Source of the DNA: a virus
Taxonomy: Duplodnaviria; Caudoviricetes
Direction: 5' to 3' (one strand)
Length of the DNA stretch: 36,656 bases
Virus record (IMG/VR): IMGVR_UViG_3300032281_001375
Span: 1-36,656 of that record
The number at the start of each line of letters is the position of its first letter. Position 1 is the stretch's first letter. Under the pieces are notes generated by a model that was not told where the DNA came from, searched no databases, and worked only from the letters and a program-made list of their open reading frames with translations. Both the position numbers and the translations under genes were made by a program. Positions 19,009 to 28,191 of this stretch are shown here, piece by piece.

Positions 19009-20775
19009 ATGTCACACATTAGAATAGACAAATCAAAAGCTATTAAGAAGTGGTCTCCAGTTTTGGAGAACATGGGTGTTACAGGTGATAGAATGGAATG
19101 GATGGCTGAATACGCTGAGTTCCACTCAATCAACGAAAACGCTTATGTTAATGCTTCTAACGTATCAGGTATGGGTGGTGTTGTATCTCCACAACCATCT
19201 ACATTTGCAGGTCAAACTTCACCTTACGGTAACTCAGCAACTAACTTTAACTACGGTTCAGGTGGTATTCAGGGTTCAGGTGATGTTGGTCAAAACTTAT
19301 TACCAGTTGCAATGAAAATCGCAGCTCAAACTATCGGTCTTGACCTTGTTGCTGTTAAGCCATCTCCAGGTCCAAAAATCGATTTACTTTATGTAGATTT
19401 CCGTTACGATGACACTAAAGATGGTAATACAGATGAAAGACCACAAGTTTTCAAATTAAACGCTGGTGTTACTGCTTCTGCTTTAGCAGCTGCTATGCAA
19501 ACTGGAAACGGAGCTACAATTTTACAATCATCAGGTGGTTTACAAAATGGTAGTTTTTATTACTCATTAGGTACTGGTGCACTAGGTCAATCAAACTTGG
19601 GTGCAACAGTTTCTACTACACTTAACGGTACAGCTTCTAAACAAGGTATTGTTGAGTTTTTAGGTTTCTCTCGTATTGATGGTTTCCCAATGTTTAAAGC
19701 TTACAGACAAGCTAATACAGCTCACACTGTAGTGGGTAGTCCTTTGACTAGCTCAGCTTGGCAGTTTGACCAAACAAGAAACACTTTCTCACCAACATCT
19801 TCTATGATTTCTCAAATCACAGAAGTTGCTGGTATTGCACTTAATAGTGGATTCGCATCTATCGAGTTGATTTCAGCTCTTGAAGATCACATCCCAGGTT
19901 TCTCTGCAAACTGGACACAAGCTGGTTCTGGATTTAACGGAAACTATCCAATGGATAGAGATGCTGATGATAACAGCTACGCTGGAGTTATCGGTCCAAA
20001 AATCTCTTCTAAATCAGTAGCAGTTGGTACTATCGAAGTATCTTCAGCTCTTAGAAGAACTGAAATTGAAGATATCAAAGCTAACACTGGTATGGATATC
20101 GTTCAAAAAATGGAATCAATTCTTGTAAACGAATTATCTCAAACAATTTCTAAGCAAATCGTTGCTAAAATCTTTGAATTAGGTGATTTAAACAGAACAA
20201 CTGCTCCACTTTTCAATGGTGCTGCTGCGTTCACAGGATTGTCAAATCCAACAATCTTTGACTTAGATACATCATATGTAACTGCAGGTGGTGGTATCGG
20301 TGGTGAGACTACTCACGCTGTTCAAAGAAAACTTATCACTAAGATTGCTCACGCTTCTAACTACATCGCTACTGAAGGTCGTGTAGGTCCCGCTCAATAC
20401 ATTATCACAAACGGGGGTCTTGCTGCAGCTCTTTCTGATATCTCTGGTTATACACTTAACCCAACGAAATCTAAAATGAATTCTTCTGGTCAACTTTATC
20501 CAGTAGGTTCTATCGGAGATATTTCTATCTATGTTGATCCATATATGAGATATAATGATAACAGAATCGTTCTTGGTAGAAAGAATAACCCTGACCAACC
20601 AGGAATCATTTTTGTTCCTTACTTAATGGCTCAGTCAATCTCTATCATTTCTGAAGCTACATTCGCTCCAAGAATGTTACTAAGAAGTAGATATGCTGTA
20701 ACTGAAGTTGGTTGGTATCCACAAAAACAATTTATGACTATTAATGTAATTGATGCAAATCAATACTTAAACTAA
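19009..20775 (+). CDS. Major capsid protein (T4 gp23-like)
   Basis: KKWSPVLE, IGLDLVAVKP, EDIKA..GMD, IYVDPY, GIIFVPY, TFAPRMLLRSRYA; followed by a strong terminator. Confidence 0.92.
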   Translation: MSHIRIDKSKAIKKWSPVLENMGVTGDRMEWMAEYAEFHSINENAYVNASNVSGMGGVVSPQPSTFAGQTSPYGNSATNFNYGSGGIQGSGDVGQNLLPVAMKIAAQTIGLDLVAVKPSPGPKIDLLYVDFRYDDTKDGNTDERPQVFKLNAGVTASALAAAMQTGNGATILQSSGGLQNGSFYYSLGTGALGQSNLGATVSTTLNGTASKQGIVEFLGFSRIDGFPMFKAYRQANTAHTVVGSPLTSSAWQFDQTRNTFSPTSSMISQITEVAGIALNSGFASIELISALEDHIPGFSANWTQAGSGFNGNYPMDRDADDNSYAGVIGPKISSKSVAVGTIEVSSALRRTEIEDIKANTGMDIVQKMESILVNELSQTISKQIVAKIFELGDLNRTTAPLFNGAAAFTGLSNPTIFDLDTSYVTAGGGIGGETTHAVQRKLITKIAHASNYIATEGRVGPAQYIITNGGLAAALSDISGYTLNPTKSKMNSSGQLYPVGSIGDISIYVDPYMRYNDNRIVLGRKNNPDQPGIIFVPYLMAQSISIISEATFAPRMLLRSRYAVTEVGWYPQKQFMTINVIDANQYLN

Positions 20776-20795
20776 TAGTATATAAGTTATACTTT

Positions 20796-20828
20796 AAAAA
20801 AGAGTCTCGAAAGAGACTCTTTTTTTTT
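20796..20828 (+). terminator. Intrinsic terminator after the MCP
   Basis: AGAGTCTC-GAAA-GAGACTCT followed by a T run. Confidence 0.9.
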
Positions 20829-20895
20829 GTAAAAGTTTTAAAAATAGAAAAAAATCACTTTTGAAACTAAATATATAAAAGAAAAAATAAATATT

Positions 20896-21618
20896 ATGTC
20901 AAGACCTTACATAAACATTAATTCATCAACTTATGACAGCGCAACAGATGTTATCACTTTTGATGTGTCTGCTTTGAGATTAAGAGGCGAAACTTCATTA
21001 ACAGTGGGTGGTTTCACACAATCAAGAACTATTTCATTAACAGATGGTCGTTATCTAACCGATGAAGTCGGTTTTTTCACTTTCTCTGCTAACGTTAATG
21101 GAACATCTTCTAACAACCTTACCGGAGCTAACGGAGTTGTTCCAACCTTCACTCCAGCTACCGCAATATTTACATTTGGTGGAACAGCAGCTGGTGGGAC
21201 TACTAAAACAAATATAAAAATGCAAGTATTTGGATCAGGAACTACTGCTTCGGGTGCTACTACAACTTATAATATATTCGGAGTTGGTGGTTACACATTC
21301 TCTGCTACACAGAGTGCTGCTACCGCTGTCGAAACGTTAAGAACAAATATTAGTTCACTTCCTACTGGTGCTACTGCTACTACTAGTGGAGAATCATTGA
21401 TAATTACAGCTCCTGCTAGCACAGGTGCTTATTATAATGGAAATACAGCAAAAATAGGTGGAACAGCACCTGCTGCTGTTCTTGGTGGTGCTGGATTTAC
21501 TTTTTCTGGCACATATTACACAGGTCCTTCTTGGTCAGGTGGTGTTACTACAATCACTGTTCCTGTAACAGCTACTAATTTTGGTCAATTGGAAACTCAA
21601 ATTTTCAACTTGAGCTAA
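20896..21618 (+). CDS. Thr/Gly-rich putative virion (decoration-like) protein
   Basis: Beta-rich low-charge composition, own promoter motif and terminator, directly after the MCP. Confidence 0.55.
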   Translation: MSRPYININSSTYDSATDVITFDVSALRLRGETSLTVGGFTQSRTISLTDGRYLTDEVGFFTFSANVNGTSSNNLTGANGVVPTFTPATAIFTFGGTAAGGTTKTNIKMQVFGSGTTASGATTTYNIFGVGGYTFSATQSAATAVETLRTNISSLPTGATATTSGESLIITAPASTGAYYNGNTAKIGGTAPAAVLGGAGFTFSGTYYTGPSWSGGVTTITVPVTATNFGQLETQIFNLS

Positions 21619-21638
21619 TATTTATAGAATGTTTTATT

Positions 21639-21669
21639 AAAACCCTCTTTATATAAAGAGGGTTTTTTT
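21639..21669 (+). terminator. Intrinsic terminator
   Basis: AAAACCCTCTTT-ATAT-AAAGAGGGTTTTTTT. Confidence 0.85.
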
Positions 21670-21681
21670 ATTTTATATAAG

Positions 21682-21690
21682 TAATATATA
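21682..21690 (+). promoter_or_regulatory. TAATATATA putative late promoter
   Basis: After a terminator, 4 nt before the ATG. Confidence 0.65.
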
Positions 21691-21694
21691 GTTT

Positions 21695-22261
21695 ATGATT
21701 AAGATTAAAAGATATAATCATTTTTTGAGTGAAAATTTGACTAATAATCAACTTAAAGACTTTTCAAAAAGTGGAATTGATATTAAACATAGAAGAGTAA
21801 TAGATGAGTTTAGTCCTGAAAATTCATATGATATTTATTGGGGTCGAAATAAAGAGTCGAATCATTTTATAACTAGTAATTTTGCTGGTAAATACGCAAA
21901 ACCTATTGGTGGTGTTGGTTCTAGTATACAAGATATTTGGCTTCATGCCGCTGGTTATCCTGGAAGTCACGTTTTAATAAAAGCGATTAAAGATGATATA
22001 ATTCCTGAATATATTTTGAAGGTTGGATCAGAAATTGCAAAAAAGAATAGTAAGGCCAAAGATGTTAATAATGCTCAAATAGTTTGGTGTTATAAAAATG
22101 ATGTAAGTATTTATCCGTCTATAGAAGTCGAGAATCAAATAAAAGATTTAGAAAATAAAAATACATTAAGTAAAGAAGAACAAGAATTTATTGATTCTAA
22201 TAAGCCTTCTATTGGTAGAGCTTTTATTGATGAAAGAAATAGAAACATAATTAACATTTAA
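21695..22261 (+). CDS. Stand-alone NFACT-R (DUF814-like) RNA-binding domain protein
   Basis: IYWGRNKESNHFIT, DIWLHAAGYPGSHVLIK and A...SKA match the RqcH/NFACT RNA-binding domain pattern. Confidence 0.75.
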   Translation: MIKIKRYNHFLSENLTNNQLKDFSKSGIDIKHRRVIDEFSPENSYDIYWGRNKESNHFITSNFAGKYAKPIGGVGSSIQDIWLHAAGYPGSHVLIKAIKDDIIPEYILKVGSEIAKKNSKAKDVNNAQIVWCYKNDVSIYPSIEVENQIKDLENKNTLSKEEQEFIDSNKPSIGRAFIDERNRNIINI

Positions 22262-22265
22262 TAAT

Positions 22266-22274
22266 TAATATATA
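22266..22274 (+). promoter_or_regulatory. TAATATATA putative late promoter
   Basis: 5 nt before the peptidase ATG. Confidence 0.65.
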
Positions 22275-22279
22275 ATACT

Positions 22280-23821
22280 ATGAAAATATCAAGATATGAC
22301 CAAATATTTGAAGCGGGAACGCAATCGGTCGTTGACCAGGCTAAAAACTTTAAGCCAGGTGGTGGTTACAAAAGTAAAGAAGAACTTATTGGCAAAGAAG
22401 AATCAAAAATAGATAAAACAGCTAAAATTAAAATATCTAAAGGCTTGTATAAAGTTCTTAGAGCTATGGAAGATAATGATAGTTATCTTGCTTTTGAAAT
22501 GTTGTGGTTAGGAGAGGATGGTTCTCAATATTATAATGGTTTAGGTGTTAGTGATGTTACAATATCAAACAAACCTTATTGTTTCGGAGTAGTAATTTCT
22601 GGAAAAAAATATGACATGAAGATTGGAAAATTCTTTAGATACTATTGGCCTGGATTACTTAATGATGAAGAAATTAAAAGCTTTATTTATCAATATAACG
22701 CAATGGTTTCTGATAATATCGGAGAAGAAGATACTACATCTAGTAAGAGAATTTCGGTTCCTGATTTTAATTATAATCCTAAAGATGTAAAAGCAACGTT
22801 TCTTTCATTAACTACTAAAACTTACCCACATTTCTCGGATTGTAGACATGAAAAAGAAGTATTACAATTTTTACCTAGCGACTTAAAAAGAGATCAAGTT
22901 GGGAACTATTATAAAATTATTGGTGATGGTAAACAAACGGTTATGTTTACTTGTCACTTAGATACAGCTGATAGAGAACAAAAAGATACAAGATTATTTC
23001 AAGCAAATGGTAGAGTTGATGAAGAAGGATACTCTTTTAGACTTACAAAGACTGGTTCTGGTGATGAACATATTTATACTGATGGTCAATCTATCTTAGG
23101 AGCTGATGATAAAGCAGGAACAGCTGTAATGCTTTATATGATGTCTTATAATGTTCCTGGAATTTATTATTTCTTTATTGGTGAAGAAAGAGGTGGTATT
23201 GGATCTAATGCACTTTCATCTATTTATGATAAAGTTGATTACTTAACTGATGTTAAAATGTGTGTTTCTTTTGATAGAAGAAGAACAACTTCGGTGATTA
23301 CTCATCAATTAGGTAGACAATGTTGTTCAAATGAATTTGGACAAGCTCTTTGTGATGAGTATAATAAGAATGGATTAAATCTATCACTAGATACTACCGG
23401 AGTTTACACTGATTCAGCTTCGCTTATGGAAGATATTTCTGAGTGTACAAATATATCAGTTGGTTATTACAATGAGCACAGAGGAACAGAAATGCAGAAT
23501 ATAACTTATTTAAAAAAGTTGGCAGAAGCATCTGTTAAAGTTAACTGGAATAATCTTCCTGTTAAAAGAAAAGTAGGATATAATGAGGAATTATTTGCTA
23601 AACATAAAGATCTTATTAATGAAATAAAGAAAAATGTTTTTGGAATCGACATAAAAGTAGTTGGTAAAGATGATAAGATATTTATTAGTTTAGACTTGGA
23701 AGAATCTGATATGAGTGAAATTTATGATTCACTTATTAGAGTTCAGACTATAATTGCTAAGCATAAAATCACAGATGACTGTTTCTTTGAAGAAACATAT
23801 TTGAAAATAGAATTGAGATAA
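22280..23821 (+). CDS. M28/M20-clan zinc peptidase with N-terminal extension
   Basis: CHLDT, LGADDKAG, GEERGG, SFDR, YTDS and GYYNEH metal-ligand motifs. Confidence 0.8.
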   Translation: MKISRYDQIFEAGTQSVVDQAKNFKPGGGYKSKEELIGKEESKIDKTAKIKISKGLYKVLRAMEDNDSYLAFEMLWLGEDGSQYYNGLGVSDVTISNKPYCFGVVISGKKYDMKIGKFFRYYWPGLLNDEEIKSFIYQYNAMVSDNIGEEDTTSSKRISVPDFNYNPKDVKATFLSLTTKTYPHFSDCRHEKEVLQFLPSDLKRDQVGNYYKIIGDGKQTVMFTCHLDTADREQKDTRLFQANGRVDEEGYSFRLTKTGSGDEHIYTDGQSILGADDKAGTAVMLYMMSYNVPGIYYFFIGEERGGIGSNALSSIYDKVDYLTDVKMCVSFDRRRTTSVITHQLGRQCCSNEFGQALCDEYNKNGLNLSLDTTGVYTDSASLMEDISECTNISVGYYNEHRGTEMQNITYLKKLAEASVKVNWNNLPVKRKVGYNEELFAKHKDLINEIKKNVFGIDIKVVGKDDKIFISLDLEESDMSEIYDSLIRVQTIIAKHKITDDCFFEETYLKIELR

Positions 23822-23822
23822 A

Positions 23823-24392
23823 ATGAAAATAAAAACATTTATAAAATATCTAAAAGAAAATATTAGAGAAGACGATTTTAGTCATCTTAATAATAAACTA
23901 CCAGCAAATAAAAAAAATGAAGGTAGATGGCCAGATGATGACTATGAGTATGGAGATGATTCAACTAAAGATTATGGTGATTATGATGACTGGTATGATG
24001 ATGAAAGTACACGTGATAATGCTAGAAAGTCATCAAATCCTAAATTTGAAGATGATGATGATGAAGAGTATGATATTTACACAGATGACCAAGATGATGA
24101 TGTAGAACATCTTACTTATTTATTGAGACAGATGTTTAGAAACTCTGGATTGAGTGATGTTAGAGTGACTGCTCATAAAAATGATGATATTTTAGTAGAG
24201 GTTTATATGAATAAAAAAGAAACTTTAAGAAATGTTATTAAAGTTTTTGAAGTAGCAAATAAACTTAAGAGAGATATTTTAGCTCAATACGATTCTGAAT
24301 TTGAAATGTGGGAATCTAAAGATAAAAGAGGAATACTTACATTTGGATTTACATTAGATGAAGGTTTAGATGATGATAATATGCCTTTCTGA
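23823..24392 (+). CDS. Highly acidic hypothetical protein with CTS-like N-terminus
   Basis: Begins MKIKTFIKYLKE; Asp-rich tract. Confidence 0.65.
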   Translation: MKIKTFIKYLKENIREDDFSHLNNKLPANKKNEGRWPDDDYEYGDDSTKDYGDYDDWYDDESTRDNARKSSNPKFEDDDDEEYDIYTDDQDDDVEHLTYLLRQMFRNSGLSDVRVTAHKNDDILVEVYMNKKETLRNVIKVFEVANKLKRDILAQYDSEFEMWESKDKRGILTFGFTLDEGLDDDNMPF

Positions 24393-24406
24393 AAAACAAT
24401 AATATT

Positions 24407-24673
24407 ATGAAATATATTAAATTATTTGAAAATTTTAATAATGAAGTTAAATACTTTGTAAATAAAGTTGGTGATTCTTATAGAATATTTGCTCTTACTC
24501 CAAAAATGATGGCGGATGGTAATAAAGAACCACAAGATGCCGAAGATTTATTTGGTCAAGGTTCATTTTGGACTGATTATCCTACTTATCCAGATGCACA
24601 AGATGTGATTGATTCTCTTAATTCTGATGAAGAGGATATTTCTGATGAAGATAATATTCCACAATATTATTAA
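24407..24673 (+). CDS. Small acidic protein with CTS-like N-terminus
   Basis: Begins MKYIKLFENFNNE. Confidence 0.65.
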   Translation: MKYIKLFENFNNEVKYFVNKVGDSYRIFALTPKMMADGNKEPQDAEDLFGQGSFWTDYPTYPDAQDVIDSLNSDEEDISDEDNIPQYY

Positions 24674-24718
24674 ACTTTTTCTTATTTTTAAATATTATAT
24701 ATACATTAATTATATCAA

Positions 24719-25091
24719 GGGGATGTCAACAGCATAGATTTCCAGCGAGAGGTAATTATGCAGGTGTCGGATGGTCAAGTAACCGACTAATAAATTTGGT
24801 GGCAAAAAGTCGTAAATGGCAAAACAAATGAAGTAGCATCCCGTGAAGATTTAGTAGCGGCGTTACAAAACAACATGCTTAAGGCAGAAGAGCTATCTTT
24901 AGTTTAATCTTTTAAGCTTCGATAAAAATTCTCCAGCTGAATCACACAGTTAAAAATGTGAAACCAGTTTTGTTAGAGTGATGGGTTGTTCAATTAACTA
25001 TTTTGTAAGTTTCGAAAAACTTTCTAAGCCTGTGAATGAATAATTATTGTTAACTAGGGAAGACACGATGGGCAGTACATCGTCATCTCCA
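24719..25091 (+). ncRNA. ssrA: tmRNA (one-piece)
   Basis: 5' GGGGATG pairs with 3' CATCTCC-A giving G3.U70; T-arm ACGATG-GGCAGTA-CATCGT; helix 2 TAATTAT/ATAATTA and GCAGG/CCTGT; GTCGG/CCGAC stem at the pk1 position; internal tag ORF 24818-24907; about 373 nt; CCA not encoded. Confidence 0.9.
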
Positions 25092-25098
25092 CAAATTT

Positions 25099-25124
25099 AA
25101 ACCCACTTTTTAAGTGGGTTTTTT
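25099..25124 (+). terminator. Intrinsic terminator after the tmRNA
   Basis: AAACCCACTT-TTT-AAGTGGGTTTTTT. Confidence 0.85.
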
Positions 25125-25127
25125 ATT

Positions 25128-25136
25128 TAATATATA
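25128..25136 (+). promoter_or_regulatory. TAATATATA putative late promoter
   Basis: After the tmRNA terminator, 4 nt before the ATG. Confidence 0.65.
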
Positions 25137-25140
25137 CTTT

Positions 25141-25887
25141 ATGTATGATAAAATTAGTGAGTTTTGTTCTATAAAGAATATAGGAAATGTCTACAAAAAT
25201 GGAGACTCCCCAACACCAAGAGTTCAATATTTAATAAATCTATTAGATTCCGAAGGAATTGATTATAAAATAGATAATTTTCAATCGGGAAGATTAAATT
25301 GTTATAATATAGTATTAAGAGGAACATCAAATAGAATGGTTGTTGCTCATCACGACATAGTTAATCCATCTACTGATAATGCTAATGATAACTCGGCTTC
25401 GGTTATTAATGCGATAATGATAAAAAAAATTATGCCTGAGATTAATGTAGTTCTACTTGATGGTGAAGAAGTTGGTGGTTTAGGGTCTAAAAGATGTGCT
25501 GAATTGATAAATGATGGATTTTTTGGAGATATTGAGTGGGTTTTAAATTTAGAACTTACTGGATGTGGTGGTAAATACTTTTTTATAGGTGATTATCCTG
25601 GTAATTTAACAAATCATATTAAGTCTATTTTTAATTGTCCTATTATTAAAACTCCGTTTAATGATTCAATTGTTTTCATAAGAAATGGTATAGACTCTGT
25701 TGTTATCAATCCTCTACCGCCTACAAAAGATAGAGAAGTTTCTATAGTTAAGTGGGATGATGAAACTTATTTAGATTTTAAATTGTTATTTAACTGTCAT
25801 ACAGAAAAGGATACTTTAGATACAATTTCAGTCAAAGATATGAAAGAATTTGTAGAGGAAGTTGTAATTCCTATTTTAAAAAAATAA
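25141..25887 (+). CDS. M28-family zinc peptidase
   Basis: AHHD, ANDNSASV, DGEEVGGLGS, LNLE, FNDS, CHT; start moved to ATG 25141 because the track's GTG lies inside the terminator. Confidence 0.8.
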   Translation: MYDKISEFCSIKNIGNVYKNGDSPTPRVQYLINLLDSEGIDYKIDNFQSGRLNCYNIVLRGTSNRMVVAHHDIVNPSTDNANDNSASVINAIMIKKIMPEINVVLLDGEEVGGLGSKRCAELINDGFFGDIEWVLNLELTGCGGKYFFIGDYPGNLTNHIKSIFNCPIIKTPFNDSIVFIRNGIDSVVINPLPPTKDREVSIVKWDDETYLDFKLLFNCHTEKDTLDTISVKDMKEFVEEVVIPILKK

Positions 25888-25894
25888 TTTTGAT

Positions 25895-26092
25895 ATGAAG
25901 TATATTAAATTATATGAAGATTTCACATATGAAGAAGAACTATTAGAACCTGAGGTTGAATTGCGAACAGAAATTAGTGATAAAACTATTGATGATGTTC
26001 TGGAACCTGAATTTTTTGAAGAAGAATCAAACAAACAAGTTACTCAGGATGAAAGAGGTGTTTATAATATTTCTGGTTGGAATACTTACTAA
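25895..26092 (+). CDS. Small acidic protein with CTS-like N-terminus
   Basis: Begins MKYIKLYEDF, nearly identical to the 24407 N-terminus. Confidence 0.6.
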   Translation: MKYIKLYEDFTYEEELLEPEVELRTEISDKTIDDVLEPEFFEEESNKQVTQDERGVYNISGWNTY

Positions 26093-26122
26093 ACTTTTTA
26101 TTTCATATAGATATACTATATT

Positions 26123-26620
26123 ATGAGTTATATCAATTCGTTTCGTGGTCGCTATGTCTTTCTGAGTAATTTCTATCCTTGTAGAATAGAACATAAGGGA
26201 ATCACTTATCCAAGTGTGGAACATTATTATGTTGCTCTTAAAGTCACTGGTATGCAGTTTATTGATGGTGTTTATTATACAGCTCCTGACTTTAGAGAGT
26301 TGGTTGCTAAAATTGTGGATCCAGGAGATGCCAAGAAAGTTGGTAAGTTTGTTAAAGTTAGAAGTGACTGGGATGAGAAAAAGCGAGAACTCATGGAGTG
26401 GGGTGTTAGAGAAAAGTTTAAGGATTTAAAATTAACACAAGATTTGTTATCAACTGGTGATTTAGAATTAATTGAAGGAAATAATTGGCATGATGTTTTT
26501 TGGGGTAAGTGTTCTTGTCCAAGATGTAATGGAGGTGGTCAAAATCATTTAGGTAAAATTTTAATGAAAGTTAGAGAAGAATTAAAACAACAAAATAAAA
26601 GGTCTTCAATAGAAGAATAA
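26123..26620 (+). CDS. NADAR (YbiA-like) family protein
   Basis: FLSNFYP, YPSVEHYY, LLSTGDLELIEGN.WHDVFWG, GQNHLGKILMKVRE. Confidence 0.88.
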   Translation: MSYINSFRGRYVFLSNFYPCRIEHKGITYPSVEHYYVALKVTGMQFIDGVYYTAPDFRELVAKIVDPGDAKKVGKFVKVRSDWDEKKRELMEWGVREKFKDLKLTQDLLSTGDLELIEGNNWHDVFWGKCSCPRCNGGGQNHLGKILMKVREELKQQNKRSSIEE

Positions 26621-26646
26621 ATTAAAATTAAATTAAAATAAATAAA

Positions 26647-27588
26647 ATGGCAGTTATAAGTTATTTTGGAGGCAAAAGCTCCTCAGTATTTCAAGAATTA
26701 ATCAATAAAAAAATTCCAAAAACCGGAATTAAAACATATTTAGAACCATTCTCTGGAGCTATGGGAACGTTTATGGACGACCCAAACCTAAAGTTTGATG
26801 TAGTTGTTTATAATGATAAAAATCGTCACCAGGTCAATCTATATAAGTGTTGTTCAGAACCTGAAACATTTGTTAAGTATTTAGAAAGACTAAAAGAAAC
26901 TTTGTTAAAAACTGATGAAACTGATCCATTAAAGAAATGGGACTTCTATAAAGAAATTTATAAAAGATATATTAAGAATGAGTTCTTAGATAATATGGAT
27001 TTTGAAATAGGTGACTTTAAGAAAGCTTCTATTTATGCTTTCTTAATCACTTCAGCTCATAATTCGGTTTACCCAAGAGGTGCTGGTTTTAATGGTTATA
27101 AGAAAGACAAAGACCGTTTGAAATTAGAAGTTCTTATTGATAAATTAAAAAAGAACAAATACACAGATAAATTAAAATCTATTAAAGAGTTCTTAAATAT
27201 CGATTTTGAAGAACTTATTAATAAATATGACTCAGAAGATACTTACTTGTATTTAGATCCACCATATCACAGACCAGATGTAAATGGTGATGATGATTCT
27301 AAGAGATTATCTTGGTATGGAGCTGATAAAGAAGGAGTTTTTGGACCAGCCTCTCATAGAAGACTTTTAGAGTTAATCAAAACAACAAAATGCCGTTGGT
27401 CTTTATCTTATTATTATTTTCCTCTTTTAGAAGAGTTATTACCTAAAGATAAATACGTTTGGACAGAGAAAGAGGTATTTAGAAGTTCGGCTCATGGTGG
27501 AAACAATTCTGATTTAAAAACAGAACAATCTAAGGGTGTTGAGTTATTAATTATGAATTATGATCCAAAAACTGGTGAAAAGTTATAA
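26647..27588 (+). CDS. Dam-like (D12 class) DNA adenine methyltransferase
   Basis: YFGGKS, YLEPFSG, VYND, YLDPPY, ELLIMNY; target site not inferable. Confidence 0.85.
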   Translation: MAVISYFGGKSSSVFQELINKKIPKTGIKTYLEPFSGAMGTFMDDPNLKFDVVVYNDKNRHQVNLYKCCSEPETFVKYLERLKETLLKTDETDPLKKWDFYKEIYKRYIKNEFLDNMDFEIGDFKKASIYAFLITSAHNSVYPRGAGFNGYKKDKDRLKLEVLIDKLKKNKYTDKLKSIKEFLNIDFEELINKYDSEDTYLYLDPPYHRPDVNGDDDSKRLSWYGADKEGVFGPASHRRLLELIKTTKCRWSLSYYYFPLLEELLPKDKYVWTEKEVFRSSAHGGNNSDLKTEQSKGVELLIMNYDPKTGEKL

Positions 27589-27866
27589 TGGCTAAAAAAT
27601 CTAATAACATATTTAATAATACATTAATTGGTTCTGGTTTAACCTCTAATACTAGTAACGCTTTTACTGTAAATTCTTCTTCTGGTGATAATGCGATTAC
27701 GGTAGGACCTGATGGGTATTGTGTTATAAATAAATTGGCACTTGTTGATGATATCACTGGTAATAAATGGGAAGTAAGAGTATCAAATGGTGAGATTATA
27801 GTAGAACCGTGTGAAATAGAAGATAAAAGAGAATTTAGAATTAATAAAGTATTAAAAAATGATTGA
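27588..27866 (+). CDS. Hypothetical protein
   Basis: 92-aa coupled ORF ending KREFRINKVLKND. Confidence 0.55.
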   Translation: MAKKSNNIFNNTLIGSGLTSNTSNAFTVNSSSGDNAITVGPDGYCVINKLALVDDITGNKWEVRVSNGEIIVEPCEIEDKREFRINKVLKND

Positions 27867-28191
27867 TCATTTAGATAGAATTGAAAAATTAGGATTCGAT
27901 ATAAATTTAAATTGGAATAAATCAATTGATATTATCTATAATGTTGATAAACCTATAGATTTCAGAATTTTATTTTGTGGATATGACTCATTTTTAGAAC
28001 CTACTTATGAGGATATAGTTGAAACGAGTTGTGATTTTTTTTATATGTGGTATAATAAAAATTTAGAAACTCTTAAAGATTATGAGATTGATTCAAGTGA
28101 TTATAATTTTGATAAATTAGTTGATACTTGTTTGGGAGATATCACTAAAAAAGTTTATAGAGATTTTAATTTAGACAATTTATTAGATTAA
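27859..28191 (+). CDS. Hypothetical protein
   Basis: 110-aa overlapping ORF ending YRDFNLDNLLD. Confidence 0.55.
   Translation: MIDHLDRIEKLGFDINLNWNKSIDIIYNVDKPIDFRILFCGYDSFLEPTYEDIVETSCDFFYMWYNKNLETLKDYEIDSSDYNFDKLVDTCLGDITKKVYRDFNLDNLLD

Noticed and set aside
24719-25091. tRNA-Ala or an intron-containing tRNA
   Set aside because: No anticodon arm; the 373-nt span, helix 2 and tag ORF fit tmRNA.
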